From a virus: a stretch of 64,000 nucleotides of DNA. Position 1 is the first letter of the stretch. Every line of letters starts with the position of its first letter. Position numbers and translations under genes: made by a program. The stretch lies in the IMG/VR virus record IMGVR_UViG_3300044568_004391, positions 32,001 to 96,000 of that record, one strand, 5' to 3'. Below, piece by piece: positions 48,287-57,775 of the stretch. Under the pieces are notes generated by a model. It was not told the origin of the DNA. It ran no database searches and saw only the letters and a program-made list of their open reading frames with translations.

Positions 48287-48886
48287 TCATAGTCTAACAA
48301 TTAAAGCACCAACATCCACCATACTTTTTATTTCTTCATTTGTTTTTGTTGATAAATAACTGTTCAAATAAAGTCTTGCACCAACAGATTTAAGATTTCC
48401 AAAGGATTCAATTTGTGTTCCTCTTATGTCCAAATAACCACCTACGGATTGAAGATTTCCAAGGGATTTAATTGGTGTTTTATTTAAATCCAAAGATGCT
48501 CCAACAGTCCTGAGATTTCCAAGGGATTCAATTGGAGTTTCTTCCAAATTCAAATCATCACCAACAGATTGAAGATTTCCAAGAGATTCAATTTGTGAGT
48601 TGTATAGGTTCAAATAACCATCAACCGATATAAGATTTTTGAAGGATTTGATTTCTGTTCCATATGCATTAAAATCACCACTAATAGAAACAAGACCTTC
48701 AAGCCAAGTTAAATCACCTTTATATCCACCCAAATCCAAATCATCATCCAACGACCATCTTGTGATGTTATTTTTTTTGATGAAGTTTTTTAGTCCTTCA
48801 ACTCCATCAGGGAAATAGTGAAGACCAGGTATTACAAATATCTCTTCGGTTTCCTCTTTTAATATTTTTTTGATTAGGTCTTTCAT
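48287..48886 (-). CDS. Variable LRR protein (5 repeats)
   Basis: MKDLIKKILKEETEE leader; 60-bp repeat units. Confidence 0.8.
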   Translation of the reverse strand: MKDLIKKILKEETEEIFVIPGLHYFPDGVEGLKNFIKKNNITRWSLDDDLDLGGYKGDLTWLEGLVSISGDFNAYGTEIKSFKNLISVDGYLNLYNSQIESLGNLQSVGDDLNLEETPIESLGNLRTVGASLDLNKTPIKSLGNLQSVGGYLDIRGTQIESFGNLKSVGARLYLNSYLSTKTNEEIKSMVDVGALIVRL

Positions 48887-49545
48887 TATCTAATAATTCT
48901 ACCACCAACATTTATCATACCTCTAATTTCTTCATCTGTATAATTCTTCAAAACGTATTTGTTTAACCACAAATTAGTACCAACATATTGAAGTTTTGGA
49001 AGGGATTCAATTTGTGTTCCTCTTATATCTAAATAATCACCAACCGACTGAAGATTTGGAAGGTCTTTAATTGGTGTTCCCTCCAAATCCAAACTACCAC
49101 CAACCGATTGAAGGTTTCCAAGGTCTTTAATTTGTGTTTTTCTTAAATCCAACCCACCACCAACCGATTGAAGATTTGGAAGGGATTCAATTTCTGTTCC
49201 TCTTAAATGTAAAAAACTACCAACCGATTGAAGATTTGGAAGGGATTTAATTTGTGTGCTTCTTATATCTAAATAACCACCAACAGATTGAAGATTTCCA
49301 AGAAATTTAATTTCTGTCCTTTCCAAATCCAAAAAACCCGTGATCGAAACAAGTCCTTCAATCCAAGTTAAATCATCTCCATATTCACGGAAATCCACAT
49401 CATCATCCAACGACCATCTTTTGATGTTCTTTTTTTGAATGAAGTTTTTTAATCCGTAAATTTCATCAGGAAAAAAACTAAGACTAGGTATTACAAATAC
49501 CTCTTCGGTTTCTTCTTTTAATATTTTTTTGATTAAGTCTTTCAT
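48886..49545 (-). CDS. Variable LRR protein (6 repeats)
   Basis: Same leader and caps; 60-bp repeat units. Confidence 0.8.
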   Translation of the reverse strand: MKDLIKKILKEETEEVFVIPSLSFFPDEIYGLKNFIQKKNIKRWSLDDDVDFREYGDDLTWIEGLVSITGFLDLERTEIKFLGNLQSVGGYLDIRSTQIKSLPNLQSVGSFLHLRGTEIESLPNLQSVGGGLDLRKTQIKDLGNLQSVGGSLDLEGTPIKDLPNLQSVGDYLDIRGTQIESLPKLQYVGTNLWLNKYVLKNYTDEEIRGMINVGGRIIR

Positions 49546-50264
49546 GGTCTTAAAATTCCACCACCAACATTTATTATATTTCTAATTTCTTCATTTGTAT
49601 ATTTTTCTGAAAGGAATTTGTTTAAAAATAAATCATATTTAACCGATTGAAGATTTTCAAAGGATTCAATTTGTGTTCTTCTTATATCTAAAGAACCACC
49701 AACAGATTGGAGTTTTGGAAGGGATTTAATTTTTGTTCCTCCTATAAACAAATTACCACCAACCGATTGAAGGTTTCCAAGGGATTTAACTTGTGTTCCA
49801 GTTAAATCCAAATGTTTACCAACATATTTAAGATTTGGAAGGGATTCTATTTGTGTTCCTCTTGTATCTAAAGACCTACCAACCGATTGAAGATTATCAA
49901 GGGATTTAATTTGTGTGCTTCTTATATCTAAATAACCACCAACCGATTGGAGATTTGGAAGGGATTTAATTTGTGTGCTTTTTATATCTAAATAACCACC
50001 AACCGATTGAAGATTATCAAGGGATTTAATTTTTTTTCCTTCCAAATCCAAATAACCACTAATGGAAACAAGACCTTCAAGCCAAGTTAAATCATCTCCA
50101 TATTCACGGAAATCCAAATCATCATCCAACGACCATCTTTTGATGTTCTTTTTTTGAATGAAGTTTTTTAATCCGTCAATTTCATCAGGAAAAAAACTAA
50201 GACCAGGTATTACAAATATCTCTTCGGTTTCTTCTTTTAATATTTTTTTGATTAAGTCTTTCAT
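49542..50264 (-). CDS. Variable LRR protein (7 repeats)
   Basis: Same leader and caps; minus-strand TATTTAT at 50273-50279. Confidence 0.8.
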   Translation of the reverse strand: MKDLIKKILKEETEEIFVIPGLSFFPDEIDGLKNFIQKKNIKRWSLDDDLDFREYGDDLTWLEGLVSISGYLDLEGKKIKSLDNLQSVGGYLDIKSTQIKSLPNLQSVGGYLDIRSTQIKSLDNLQSVGRSLDTRGTQIESLPNLKYVGKHLDLTGTQVKSLGNLQSVGGNLFIGGTKIKSLPKLQSVGGSLDIRRTQIESFENLQSVKYDLFLNKFLSEKYTNEEIRNIINVGGGILRP

Positions 50265-50321
50265 ATAATGTTATAAATACTTCAAAATTGTTTTGTATTT
50301 ATGTAATAAATTGAATTTATC

Positions 50322-50978
50322 ATGAAAACATTATTTATCTTGCCACTTTTATTAATTTTATCTTCTTGCCAAGAGAAGTCGGATATTGAAATTATAAAAG
50401 AAGTTGAACCAACATTAACGGAAGAAACAATAAAGAAAACAATTGGTTCTCAATCAGAGCAATATGGATCCGAAGATCTTTTGGATTTCCTTTCTGTTTA
50501 TGGAGAAAATGTAACGGACATCACACCAGCATTTATGAACTATTATCAAGATATTTCATCATCACAATCGAACTCTCTATATGACAACTTAACCGAACCC
50601 AACGGTAATTACAGTTACAGATGGTTCATCAACGAAAAACTTGTTTCAACAGATTATAATCTTGTATTAAATTCTTTGGTCAATGTCCTTCCTTGTGAAG
50701 GTGTTATGAGAGTTAAATTGGAAGTTACGGACAACAGGTTTAAAAGTGTATATGTAAGAGAAGAATATGGTTTTTTGGAATTTGTGGATAAAGATGATTT
50801 TACTGAATGGTGTGAATGTGGAGGTTGTCCTGACTATTGGGATGTCTTCTACGAATTTTACCCACCAAGAGATCCTTATTTTTATCAAACCAAACCTGCG
50901 AGATGGGATTTTGACAAAAACAACTTCATCAACTCCGAAGATTTGTTAATTTTCTTAAGTAAATACGGAGAACAATAA
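50322..50978 (+). CDS. Lipoprotein with dockerin-like Ca-binding motif
   Basis: Lipobox LSSC; EDLLDFLSVYGE and WDFDKNNFINSEDLLIFLSKYGE. Confidence 0.6.
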   Translation: MKTLFILPLLLILSSCQEKSDIEIIKEVEPTLTEETIKKTIGSQSEQYGSEDLLDFLSVYGENVTDITPAFMNYYQDISSSQSNSLYDNLTEPNGNYSYRWFINEKLVSTDYNLVLNSLVNVLPCEGVMRVKLEVTDNRFKSVYVREEYGFLEFVDKDDFTEWCECGGCPDYWDVFYEFYPPRDPYFYQTKPARWDFDKNNFINSEDLLIFLSKYGEQ

Positions 50979-51024
50979 ACAAGCGGCGGGCGGGGAAAAA
51001 CACCGAAAGGTCAGAAAAAAATTT

Positions 51025-51486
51025 CTAGATCATACCCAAAGAAGTTTCTTTGGACTTCTTTCTAAGTTTCTTCAAGGTAGAGTAAAAAGGGTGGGATCTA
51101 TTTCCTCTGATGTTCAAAGGTAAGTTAAGTTCTTTGATCAATTTAGACTCTCTGTCTTCATAATCTTCACAAACTTCATATCTGACCTTCATCTCTTTCC
51201 TTAAGAACTCATCTACGATCTCTTTGGAAGAAACCATATTTCCCACCAAAAGGGCAGAGAGAGTTTGACGTAACGTAGACACAAATCCTGATCTAATGGA
51301 TGAATGGGAATGAGAGTCATTCAGGTGCCAATTCAGTCGTTCATTTATATTTTTGGCAAGACCGATATATACCAAGAACATATCATCTTCTTTCAAACAC
51401 TCGGACACATCAATCCCCAACTTCTCGGCACCATTTTTACTTACATACCAATAATAAACGCCGCTCAAAGAGGGGAAGTTCTCCAT
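51025..51486 (-). CDS. GIY-YIG nuclease family protein
   Basis: GVY...VYIG.A.NINERL..H...STLR...E..LI...PLN. Confidence 0.8.
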   Translation of the reverse strand: MENFPSLSGVYYWYVSKNGAEKLGIDVSECLKEDDMFLVYIGLAKNINERLNWHLNDSHSHSSIRSGFVSTLRQTLSALLVGNMVSSKEIVDEFLRKEMKVRYEVCEDYEDRESKLIKELNLPLNIRGNRSHPFYSTLKKLRKKSKETSLGMI

Positions 51487-51508
51487 ATCACAATAATACG
51501 ACTTTTTT

Positions 51509-52630
51509 TTATTTTACACAAGTTTGTCCTATACCTGTTAAGAAAATTAAAAAGTCCTGTGAACTAACAAATCCATCGGCATCGAGATCACACTTATAAC
51601 ATTGACCACTTTCTGTGGTGGTTCCGTGACAACTCAAATAGATAAGAAAATCTTGTGAGGTGACTAAACCATCATTATCCAAATCCAATAAACAATTTAA
51701 AGAAAGAGTTTTGAATACATCTTTCCTGTTTTGGTTTACATAACTATGCATTCTGTTGATCTGACCATTGGTAAAACTGCGCCGACAATTATTGGCAAGG
51801 TAATCCATATGATTATCTTGGACATAACCAAACCAGGGATCAGATTCCAAAATGATCACATTACAACCTGGCGTGCAGTCGGGGACAAAGTTAGATCTTT
51901 GAAATGGTGGGGTGTCACAAACAAGATCTCCTGTCGTTCCGCAATCCAATCCATAATTTTCACAAGAGAACGCACCATTAAAGGTATGAAACAAACCAAG
52001 ATAATGACCGACCTCATGGACAAGAGTTGCGTTTCTGTGATATGAAGATGGGTTCAAAGAGAAGGTGGAAGTTCTAATCCAGATCCCGTCAGGTGGTTTG
52101 GGTGCGGGATTGATGATGGTTGCTCCGAAGGGTGGGATAAACGAAAAACCAAGAGAATTATATACTTTGGGTTGAATAAAGATATTGAGAGTTGTGTTGG
52201 GATTTACACTCATGGTATTACCAATTTCAAATAGTTTTGAAGAACCTGGCGGATACATAGCGGGAAGTTTGCTACTATTCATAGGTTCGGTCATATATTC
52301 TTGATACCAAGAGAAATCTTTCAGAGGTTTCCGATTGATTGAAACAAGAACAAATCTAAATTTTGCTTTATTGAATTTAATATTCAAATCATTTAGAGCA
52401 ACCAACAAGGTGGAGTCAGAAACATTCAACAACTGATCGTCATAGAGGACATGGAAGACGATGGGGATTTCTTTGTATGTAATCGGATCGGAGGATTTAT
52501 TGGATAGTCTAGCAGATTTACGAGACAAAGAAGAGAAATCTTTTTTGGAGGTTTGAGTTCCACATTCTTCTTGAGAGAAAGATCCAAATGATATAAAAGA
52601 CAAAAGTATTAATAAGATATAGTTTTTCAT
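51509..52630 (-). CDS. Secreted M43 zinc metalloprotease with dockerin-like domain
   Basis: Signal peptide, CGT cysteine switch, IPIVFHV, HEVGHYLGLFHTF, GDLVCDTPP, NHMDY; DLDNDG/DLDADG repeats. Confidence 0.87.
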   Translation of the reverse strand: MKNYILLILLSFISFGSFSQEECGTQTSKKDFSSLSRKSARLSNKSSDPITYKEIPIVFHVLYDDQLLNVSDSTLLVALNDLNIKFNKAKFRFVLVSINRKPLKDFSWYQEYMTEPMNSSKLPAMYPPGSSKLFEIGNTMSVNPNTTLNIFIQPKVYNSLGFSFIPPFGATIINPAPKPPDGIWIRTSTFSLNPSSYHRNATLVHEVGHYLGLFHTFNGAFSCENYGLDCGTTGDLVCDTPPFQRSNFVPDCTPGCNVIILESDPWFGYVQDNHMDYLANNCRRSFTNGQINRMHSYVNQNRKDVFKTLSLNCLLDLDNDGLVTSQDFLIYLSCHGTTTESGQCYKCDLDADGFVSSQDFLIFLTGIGQTCVK

Positions 52631-52699
52631 ATTTTCATTCTTTATTTTTCAAAAGATAATCTATGGAAGATATATGTAAATTTTATTATTTTTAAACTT

Positions 52700-53050
52700 A
52701 TGAAAGTAATAATTGCAGGAGGTAGAAACTTCCGTGACTATGACAAATTAAAAGAGTCGTGTGATAATATATTGGTTAATCAAAAAGAGGTGGAGATTGT
52801 TTCAGGAACGGCGGCGGGGGCGGACACTCTCGGAGAGAGATATGCACAAGAGAAGGGTTACGAAGTAAAAAAATTTCCAGCTCAATGGGATCTATATGGA
52901 AAGAGTGCAGGATATAAAAGAAATCAACAGATGGCAGAATATGCGGATGGATTAATTGCGTTTTGGGATGGTAAGAGTAGGGGGACAAAACATATGATAG
53001 ATATTGCAAATAAGATGGGATTAAAAGTTAGGGTCGTAAGATATTTATAA
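52700..53050 (+). CDS. SLOG-family protein (YspA/DUF2493-like)
   Basis: IIAGGRNF, IVSG.A.GAD, AGYKRN..M, AFWDG.S.GT..MI. Confidence 0.85.
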   Translation: MKVIIAGGRNFRDYDKLKESCDNILVNQKEVEIVSGTAAGADTLGERYAQEKGYEVKKFPAQWDLYGKSAGYKRNQQMAEYADGLIAFWDGKSRGTKHMIDIANKMGLKVRVVRYL

Positions 53051-53069
53051 ACATAAAATTTAAAAAAAA

Positions 53070-53711
53070 ATGAAAAATTTATTATTAACTATTTTGTCGG
53101 TATTTGTTTTGGTGGGATGTGGTCATAATTCTGAACCTGAAGATCAAGAAGTTTTGGTTCTTCACAAAGGTTTATATTCTTTTTGTGGTGCTTCGGGTGC
53201 TGAACCTACGGGTAAAAAAATAATTATTCAAGGTGTAGAGTTTGATGAAGGATGTGCAATTTGTCCTGTGATGGATGGATCATCAATTTCCAATTTAGCA
53301 ATGGAAGGTTCAGGTGGAACATGGGGAGATTTTAATGTGAGAGAAAATCAGCAAACTCCTGATGGTACAAATAAAACAACATGGTCATTCTTTTGGTTTT
53401 TCGGATCCAACGATACTGTTCCACAATTCAACCCCGAAACCAAAGAATGGGAATGGTTGGCACCTGTTAATCGTTCATTTGTCGTAAACACAGATGCGGA
53501 TAGTACGAGTATGAGTAATATGTTCGCAATGCCATGTGAGATTATCGATACTCTCGATAATGGAATTATTTTATCTAAGTGTTATGGTCCATTGAATGAA
53601 GCGGCAGTTCCATTACGTAAACCTATAAAAGTAAAAAGTGGTATGACATCTGTTACTGCAGCTAAGAAAGGTTTTCCTTATCCTGTAGGTACACCAATAC
53701 CTGTAAAATAA
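53070..53711 (+). CDS. Cys-containing lipoprotein
   Basis: Lipobox LVGC. Confidence 0.65.
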   Translation: MKNLLLTILSVFVLVGCGHNSEPEDQEVLVLHKGLYSFCGASGAEPTGKKIIIQGVEFDEGCAICPVMDGSSISNLAMEGSGGTWGDFNVRENQQTPDGTNKTTWSFFWFFGSNDTVPQFNPETKEWEWLAPVNRSFVVNTDADSTSMSNMFAMPCEIIDTLDNGIILSKCYGPLNEAAVPLRKPIKVKSGMTSVTAAKKGFPYPVGTPIPVK

Positions 53712-53808
53712 ATTAGGATAGATTTATTCAAAACCTCTCCATTACGGAGGGGTTTTTTTCTCACACGAATATTTATTAATATTGGATTACAAATACCAAA
53801 TTTATAAG

Positions 53809-54741
53809 ATGCCAACACAAGATCAAATTAACAAAGTAAAATCAAATTTAAGAAACCTTATGGACTTAAATTCTGACATTCTTGTGAATGGTAATCTCAA
53901 AATAGAAAACGCATTTGCTCTTTTATCCATCCAAGACAATAAAGATTTAGGAGTCCAAATCGGAATCAATATTTTAGATGGATCATTTTGGGCAGCATCC
54001 GACGGGGTTACTCAAATCGCCGCCAATTTTTGTTGTGGAGTTGTTTCAAGATATTCAACCAATACGCCACCGAGTCTTTTAAGTGCGACAAGCCGTCTTA
54101 TAGAAAGATTCCAAAATACCTCCAATCAATTTCAGTTAGATTTACAAACATTCTATGATGATCCAACCACATATTGGGACACAGTTTATGAAGGACAAGT
54201 CAACACCGCATTCGGAACTTACACAGTCTCGGGAAAACTATCTGATTTATCAACGGTAGATGTACCAGCCAAAACTGATACAGGTTATACTGACATTATG
54301 CTTCAAGCGGTTTTTGGTCTTGATCAACAAGTATGGAATACACTTTTACCTAATTTTGAAATTACAGCATGGTATCCAAGTAATCAATGTGATGATAGGA
54401 TTTCTGAGTGTAACGAAAATTCCTTTATTTCCAATGCAAGTGAATGGTATATTGAAAACCCGGCATATTGGCAATACTGGCAATGGTATCAGGATATTGG
54501 AATCTTCGGAGGAAAAAAAGATCACGGGGTATGGTACATTACAAACTATAGTATAGGAACAGGATGGTCGATTGGATCATACGGTAATTTAAGTGACGAC
54601 GCTTGTAACTATTTATTTAATGATCTATATAACGGAGTTCCCAATCCAAACGCACCATTCGGAGGAGGATTATTCCCAAGAGAGTTTGTATTTAATAATA
54701 TGCCGAACATTAAAAAAACTTCACATACATTTAGTCATTAA
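53809..54741 (+). CDS. Hypothetical protein
   Basis: Long ORF; likely start MPTQDQ; TATTTAT at 53770. Confidence 0.65.
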   Translation: MPTQDQINKVKSNLRNLMDLNSDILVNGNLKIENAFALLSIQDNKDLGVQIGINILDGSFWAASDGVTQIAANFCCGVVSRYSTNTPPSLLSATSRLIERFQNTSNQFQLDLQTFYDDPTTYWDTVYEGQVNTAFGTYTVSGKLSDLSTVDVPAKTDTGYTDIMLQAVFGLDQQVWNTLLPNFEITAWYPSNQCDDRISECNENSFISNASEWYIENPAYWQYWQWYQDIGIFGGKKDHGVWYITNYSIGTGWSIGSYGNLSDDACNYLFNDLYNGVPNPNAPFGGGLFPREFVFNNMPNIKKTSHTFSH

Positions 54742-54742
54742 A

Positions 54743-55243
54743 ATGAATCTACAAGAACAACTATCAAAAATGAAATCAATGATGGGGATCATTAAGGAAG
54801 ATGATAATCAAAGAGTTCATTTTGATATGCAAGATTTATTGGACAGAGGAATTATCTTTATAACACAAGCCCACGATTTATCTACAGGTGAAATGATTCC
54901 ACCACAAGAAGATCCTCAAACAGGTGAAATATACAACGATTCAACAAATTTAATTACCTTATGGAATGTAACTCATCCAGAAGAAGGTGAACAAGATTTT
55001 ATTTCAAAGGCATTAGAACATCCAAGACCTGACCAAATTTCATATTGGCAAAACGCGCAAAATCAATTAAGTCAGGAAAAATATGATCAGATATTAAGAA
55101 GTATTGAATTACAAAATAAAAACTCAGCCGAACTAACGGAGGGAGAATTAACTGAAAGATGTTGGAAAGGATATACCCAAAAGGGTATGAAAACTATGTT
55201 CGGAAAGAAATACCCTAACTGTGTAAAGAAAACAAAAAAATGA
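54743..55243 (+). CDS. Leader-bearing protein with C-terminal CWKGY...PNCV module
   Basis: MNLQEQLSKMKSMMGIIKE leader shared with 55240. Confidence 0.7.
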   Translation: MNLQEQLSKMKSMMGIIKEDDNQRVHFDMQDLLDRGIIFITQAHDLSTGEMIPPQEDPQTGEIYNDSTNLITLWNVTHPEEGEQDFISKALEHPRPDQISYWQNAQNQLSQEKYDQILRSIELQNKNSAELTEGELTERCWKGYTQKGMKTMFGKKYPNCVKKTKK

Positions 55244-55620
55244 AATTACAAGAACAATTATCAAGAATGAAATCAATGATGGGGATCATCAAAGAGAATG
55301 AGGCAACTGAACTCATACAAGATATGGTGGATGAGGTTTTGGAGTCATTAAGAAAGTATGCTAATGATGCGGATGACTTAGAAGACATAACAACCATAAG
55401 AATAATTAACTCCATAGATAAAATCCAAGTAACCGATTTCACAACAAATAGGTTTGAACCCAATATACATCTTGTAATTTATCAAAACAAAGACATCTCA
55501 AACTATGATTTAGTATTGGAACAAATGTATTCAAAGTTCAATACCCTCATCCCAAATCTATTAATACAGATAGATGATGTGATCAACAGCGAAACAGGAC
55601 AATCTGTATACGGATTTTAA
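55240..55620 (+). CDS. Leader-bearing hypothetical protein
   Basis: MKLQEQLSRMKSMMGIIKE leader. Confidence 0.7.
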   Translation: MKLQEQLSRMKSMMGIIKENEATELIQDMVDEVLESLRKYANDADDLEDITTIRIINSIDKIQVTDFTTNRFEPNIHLVIYQNKDISNYDLVLEQMYSKFNTLIPNLLIQIDDVINSETGQSVYGF

Positions 55621-55642
55621 AGTTTCGTAAGAAACGATTTTT

Positions 55643-55942
55643 TTAAGGTCTCCATCTTTTCTGTGATACATCCTTTCTAACCATCAAAAAGGCAATCAAA
55701 GGATATATAACACACCCGTATATTCCAAGAGTCATTGCGTAAGACCACAAGTCCACTTTATATGGTATTAACTTTACAATTATAAGAGTAAAGATACACC
55801 CAAGAACGAGTTTTAAAAACATTCCCGTCTGAATAAAATATATGGAAGATATTCCTTCTATATTTTTAGCATACCATATAAAACCTACACCAATAATGGT
55901 TAAGATTGTACATACAATCAAACCCGCAATTAATCCACTCAT
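55643..55942 (-). CDS. Three-TM membrane protein
   Basis: Three hydrophobic helices. Confidence 0.6.
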   Translation of the reverse strand: MSGLIAGLIVCTILTIIGVGFIWYAKNIEGISSIYFIQTGMFLKLVLGCIFTLIIVKLIPYKVDLWSYAMTLGIYGCVIYPLIAFLMVRKDVSQKRWRP

Positions 55943-56003
55943 AGTTTCATTCGTTTTAAAGTGATCCAATACTAACAGATAATATATAGATAATCAATAT
56001 GTC

Positions 56004-56096
56004 GGGTAATTAATAATACTATTCTCTCCACATTTCACTTCGTGAACCACTCCACTTCGTTCCGTTATGTTTCGTTCATACTATTATTAATTACCC
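56004..56096. repeat. Perfect 15-bp inverted repeat enclosing CACTTCGT motifs
   Basis: GGGTAATTAATAATA (56004-18) / TATTATTAATTACCC (56082-96). Confidence 0.85.
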
Positions 56097-56258
56097 ACCC
56101 CTTTATTTGTCCCACCTCCTGAAGTCCCACCCTGAAGAGACTGATAATGTAGGGAAACTTACAGATAAGGATGGTTCCCATCCTTTACTATGAAGAGTTT
56201 CCATATGTAGTGTTTCTCGAATTATAACATAGGGAAGGGACTCTTCGAGTCAAGGATA

Positions 56259-56274
56259 TGTTTCCCGTGAAACA
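56259..56274. promoter_or_regulatory. parS-like palindrome
   Basis: TGTTTCCCGTGAAACA, 15/16 match to the consensus TGTTTCACGTGAAACA. Confidence 0.5.
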
Positions 56275-56644
56275 TGTTAGTATGTCAGTCTGACACCCCC
56301 ACTTTTTTATTTGAGAACTACTGAAGAGGGATAAATTTGACCCTCTAAAGTTGGGGAATTTAAAGGAACTTCGTTCTCACGCCCCTTCAGGGGGGATATT
56401 CTTTTTTTTGCTGTAAATAATTACCATCTAATTTTTCCTTGCTGGCACTACTGCCAGAGGGGATTTTTTCCCCTTCTTACTATCAAGAACGACAATATGG
56501 TGGTATAAAGTGGGGGAAGGTGGGAACAAATGGGAGGACAAAATATGGGGGGTGGGATTATCCCATCCCGCAGTCGAGACTGACATTTTGTCATTTCCAA
56601 ATATTTCAGGTTATTTTTTTATTAAAAATTACCCCTCTTTATAC

Positions 56645-57007
56645 TCAGGGGACTAAGTATACTATTGTTTTAGAAGGTCTCCAATCTTGTATTTCAAAAT
56701 CTGTAACCTTATTGATATCCAAGTAATCGGATAAGATGGGTGATATTGATATTATGAATTTTTCAATAAAGGTAAAAAAATCCTCTTCGTTTAAAGTATT
56801 TTTGATAATTCCGTAGGCGGGTAGTGTGTCATATATATCAAATCTACCCAACACATCAATAGAATTATATTCTTCATATGTAAAGATATGAGTTTGATCC
56901 ACATAATAAAATACTGTTATATTACCTCTTGAATCTCTGTGGGGAACTAATCTCCCACCTTTAAGTTCAGATAGAACTAGGGATATGAGTTTATCAATTT
57001 TTTTCAT
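56645..57007 (-). CDS. Paralog family A member
   Basis: MKKIDKLISLVLSELKGG. Confidence 0.65.
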   Translation of the reverse strand: MKKIDKLISLVLSELKGGRLVPHRDSRGNITVFYYVDQTHIFTYEEYNSIDVLGRFDIYDTLPAYGIIKNTLNEEDFFTFIEKFIISISPILSDYLDINKVTDFEIQDWRPSKTIVYLVP

Positions 57008-57401
57008 GATCGAAATATACTCTTGAGTAACCCCATTGGTCATAGAGATCATTTACATGTATGATGTTCACTTTGTTTATATCCACAATTTCAGAAAATA
57101 TGGGAAGGATTGCCATGGTTAATTTCTCGATAAACTCTTTTAATTCTTCTTTTGAGACGGAAGACAAGATTATTTTAAAGTGGGGTATATTACCATAGAT
57201 GTTAAGAAAGTTTTCTCCGAGTCCTCTGGGAGCAAAACTTCGTTGTAAATATAATACCATTTCTTTATCGACATAATAATAACCCAACCTTTTTCCGTAT
57301 GGATTAAACTCTGATTCACCTGCGGGTCTAAGTTCTTTATATAATCTCCCACCTTCGAGTTCGGGAAGGACCAACTTAACGAGTTTATCTAATTTATTCA
57401 T
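56994..57401 (-). CDS. Paralog family A member
   Basis: MNKLDKLVKLVLPELEGG. Confidence 0.7.
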   Translation of the reverse strand: MNKLDKLVKLVLPELEGGRLYKELRPAGESEFNPYGKRLGYYYVDKEMVLYLQRSFAPRGLGENFLNIYGNIPHFKIILSSVSKEELKEFIEKLTMAILPIFSEIVDINKVNIIHVNDLYDQWGYSRVYFDHEKN

Positions 57402-57775
57402 TTTAAGTTATAGTATACAATTGTTTTTTCATGTCTTACCTCCGCCACCCTTATGGACGATATATCTTCGGGATCCAAGACTTCCGAGAAGTAGGGTAGA
57501 ATTAGTTTTGCAAATTCTTCCATCAGTTCATAGAATTCTTTTGGGGGTAATGATGACAATAACAAACTATAGGTGGGGAGATTATCGGTAATAAATAAAG
57601 CCCAATAATCAGAACGGTTAAGATAAAATTTGTCTAGCTGTAAGTGGCAAATAGTTTCATGTTCTTTATTATAAAGAATGGCTATTGTGTATTCTGTGTC
57701 TTCAACCACTTTTACATGCAAGTCATCTTGAATTTCAGATAGAATTACTTTTGCGAGTTTGTTGATCTTATTCAT
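57398..57775 (-). CDS. Paralog family A member
   Basis: MNKINKLAKVILSEI. Confidence 0.7.
   Translation of the reverse strand: MNKINKLAKVILSEIQDDLHVKVVEDTEYTIAILYNKEHETICHLQLDKFYLNRSDYWALFITDNLPTYSLLLSSLPPKEFYELMEEFAKLILPYFSEVLDPEDISSIRVAEVRHEKTIVYYNLK

Noticed and set aside
48287-50264. Diversity-generating retroelement acting on the LRR repeats
   Set aside because: No reverse transcriptase in the window, no non-coding template repeat, and differences are not confined to adenines; recombination explains the pattern better.
51025-51486. Mobile homing-endonuclease element
   Set aside because: A stand-alone short GIY-YIG domain with no DNA-binding tail, intron or flanking repeats; kept only as a CDS.
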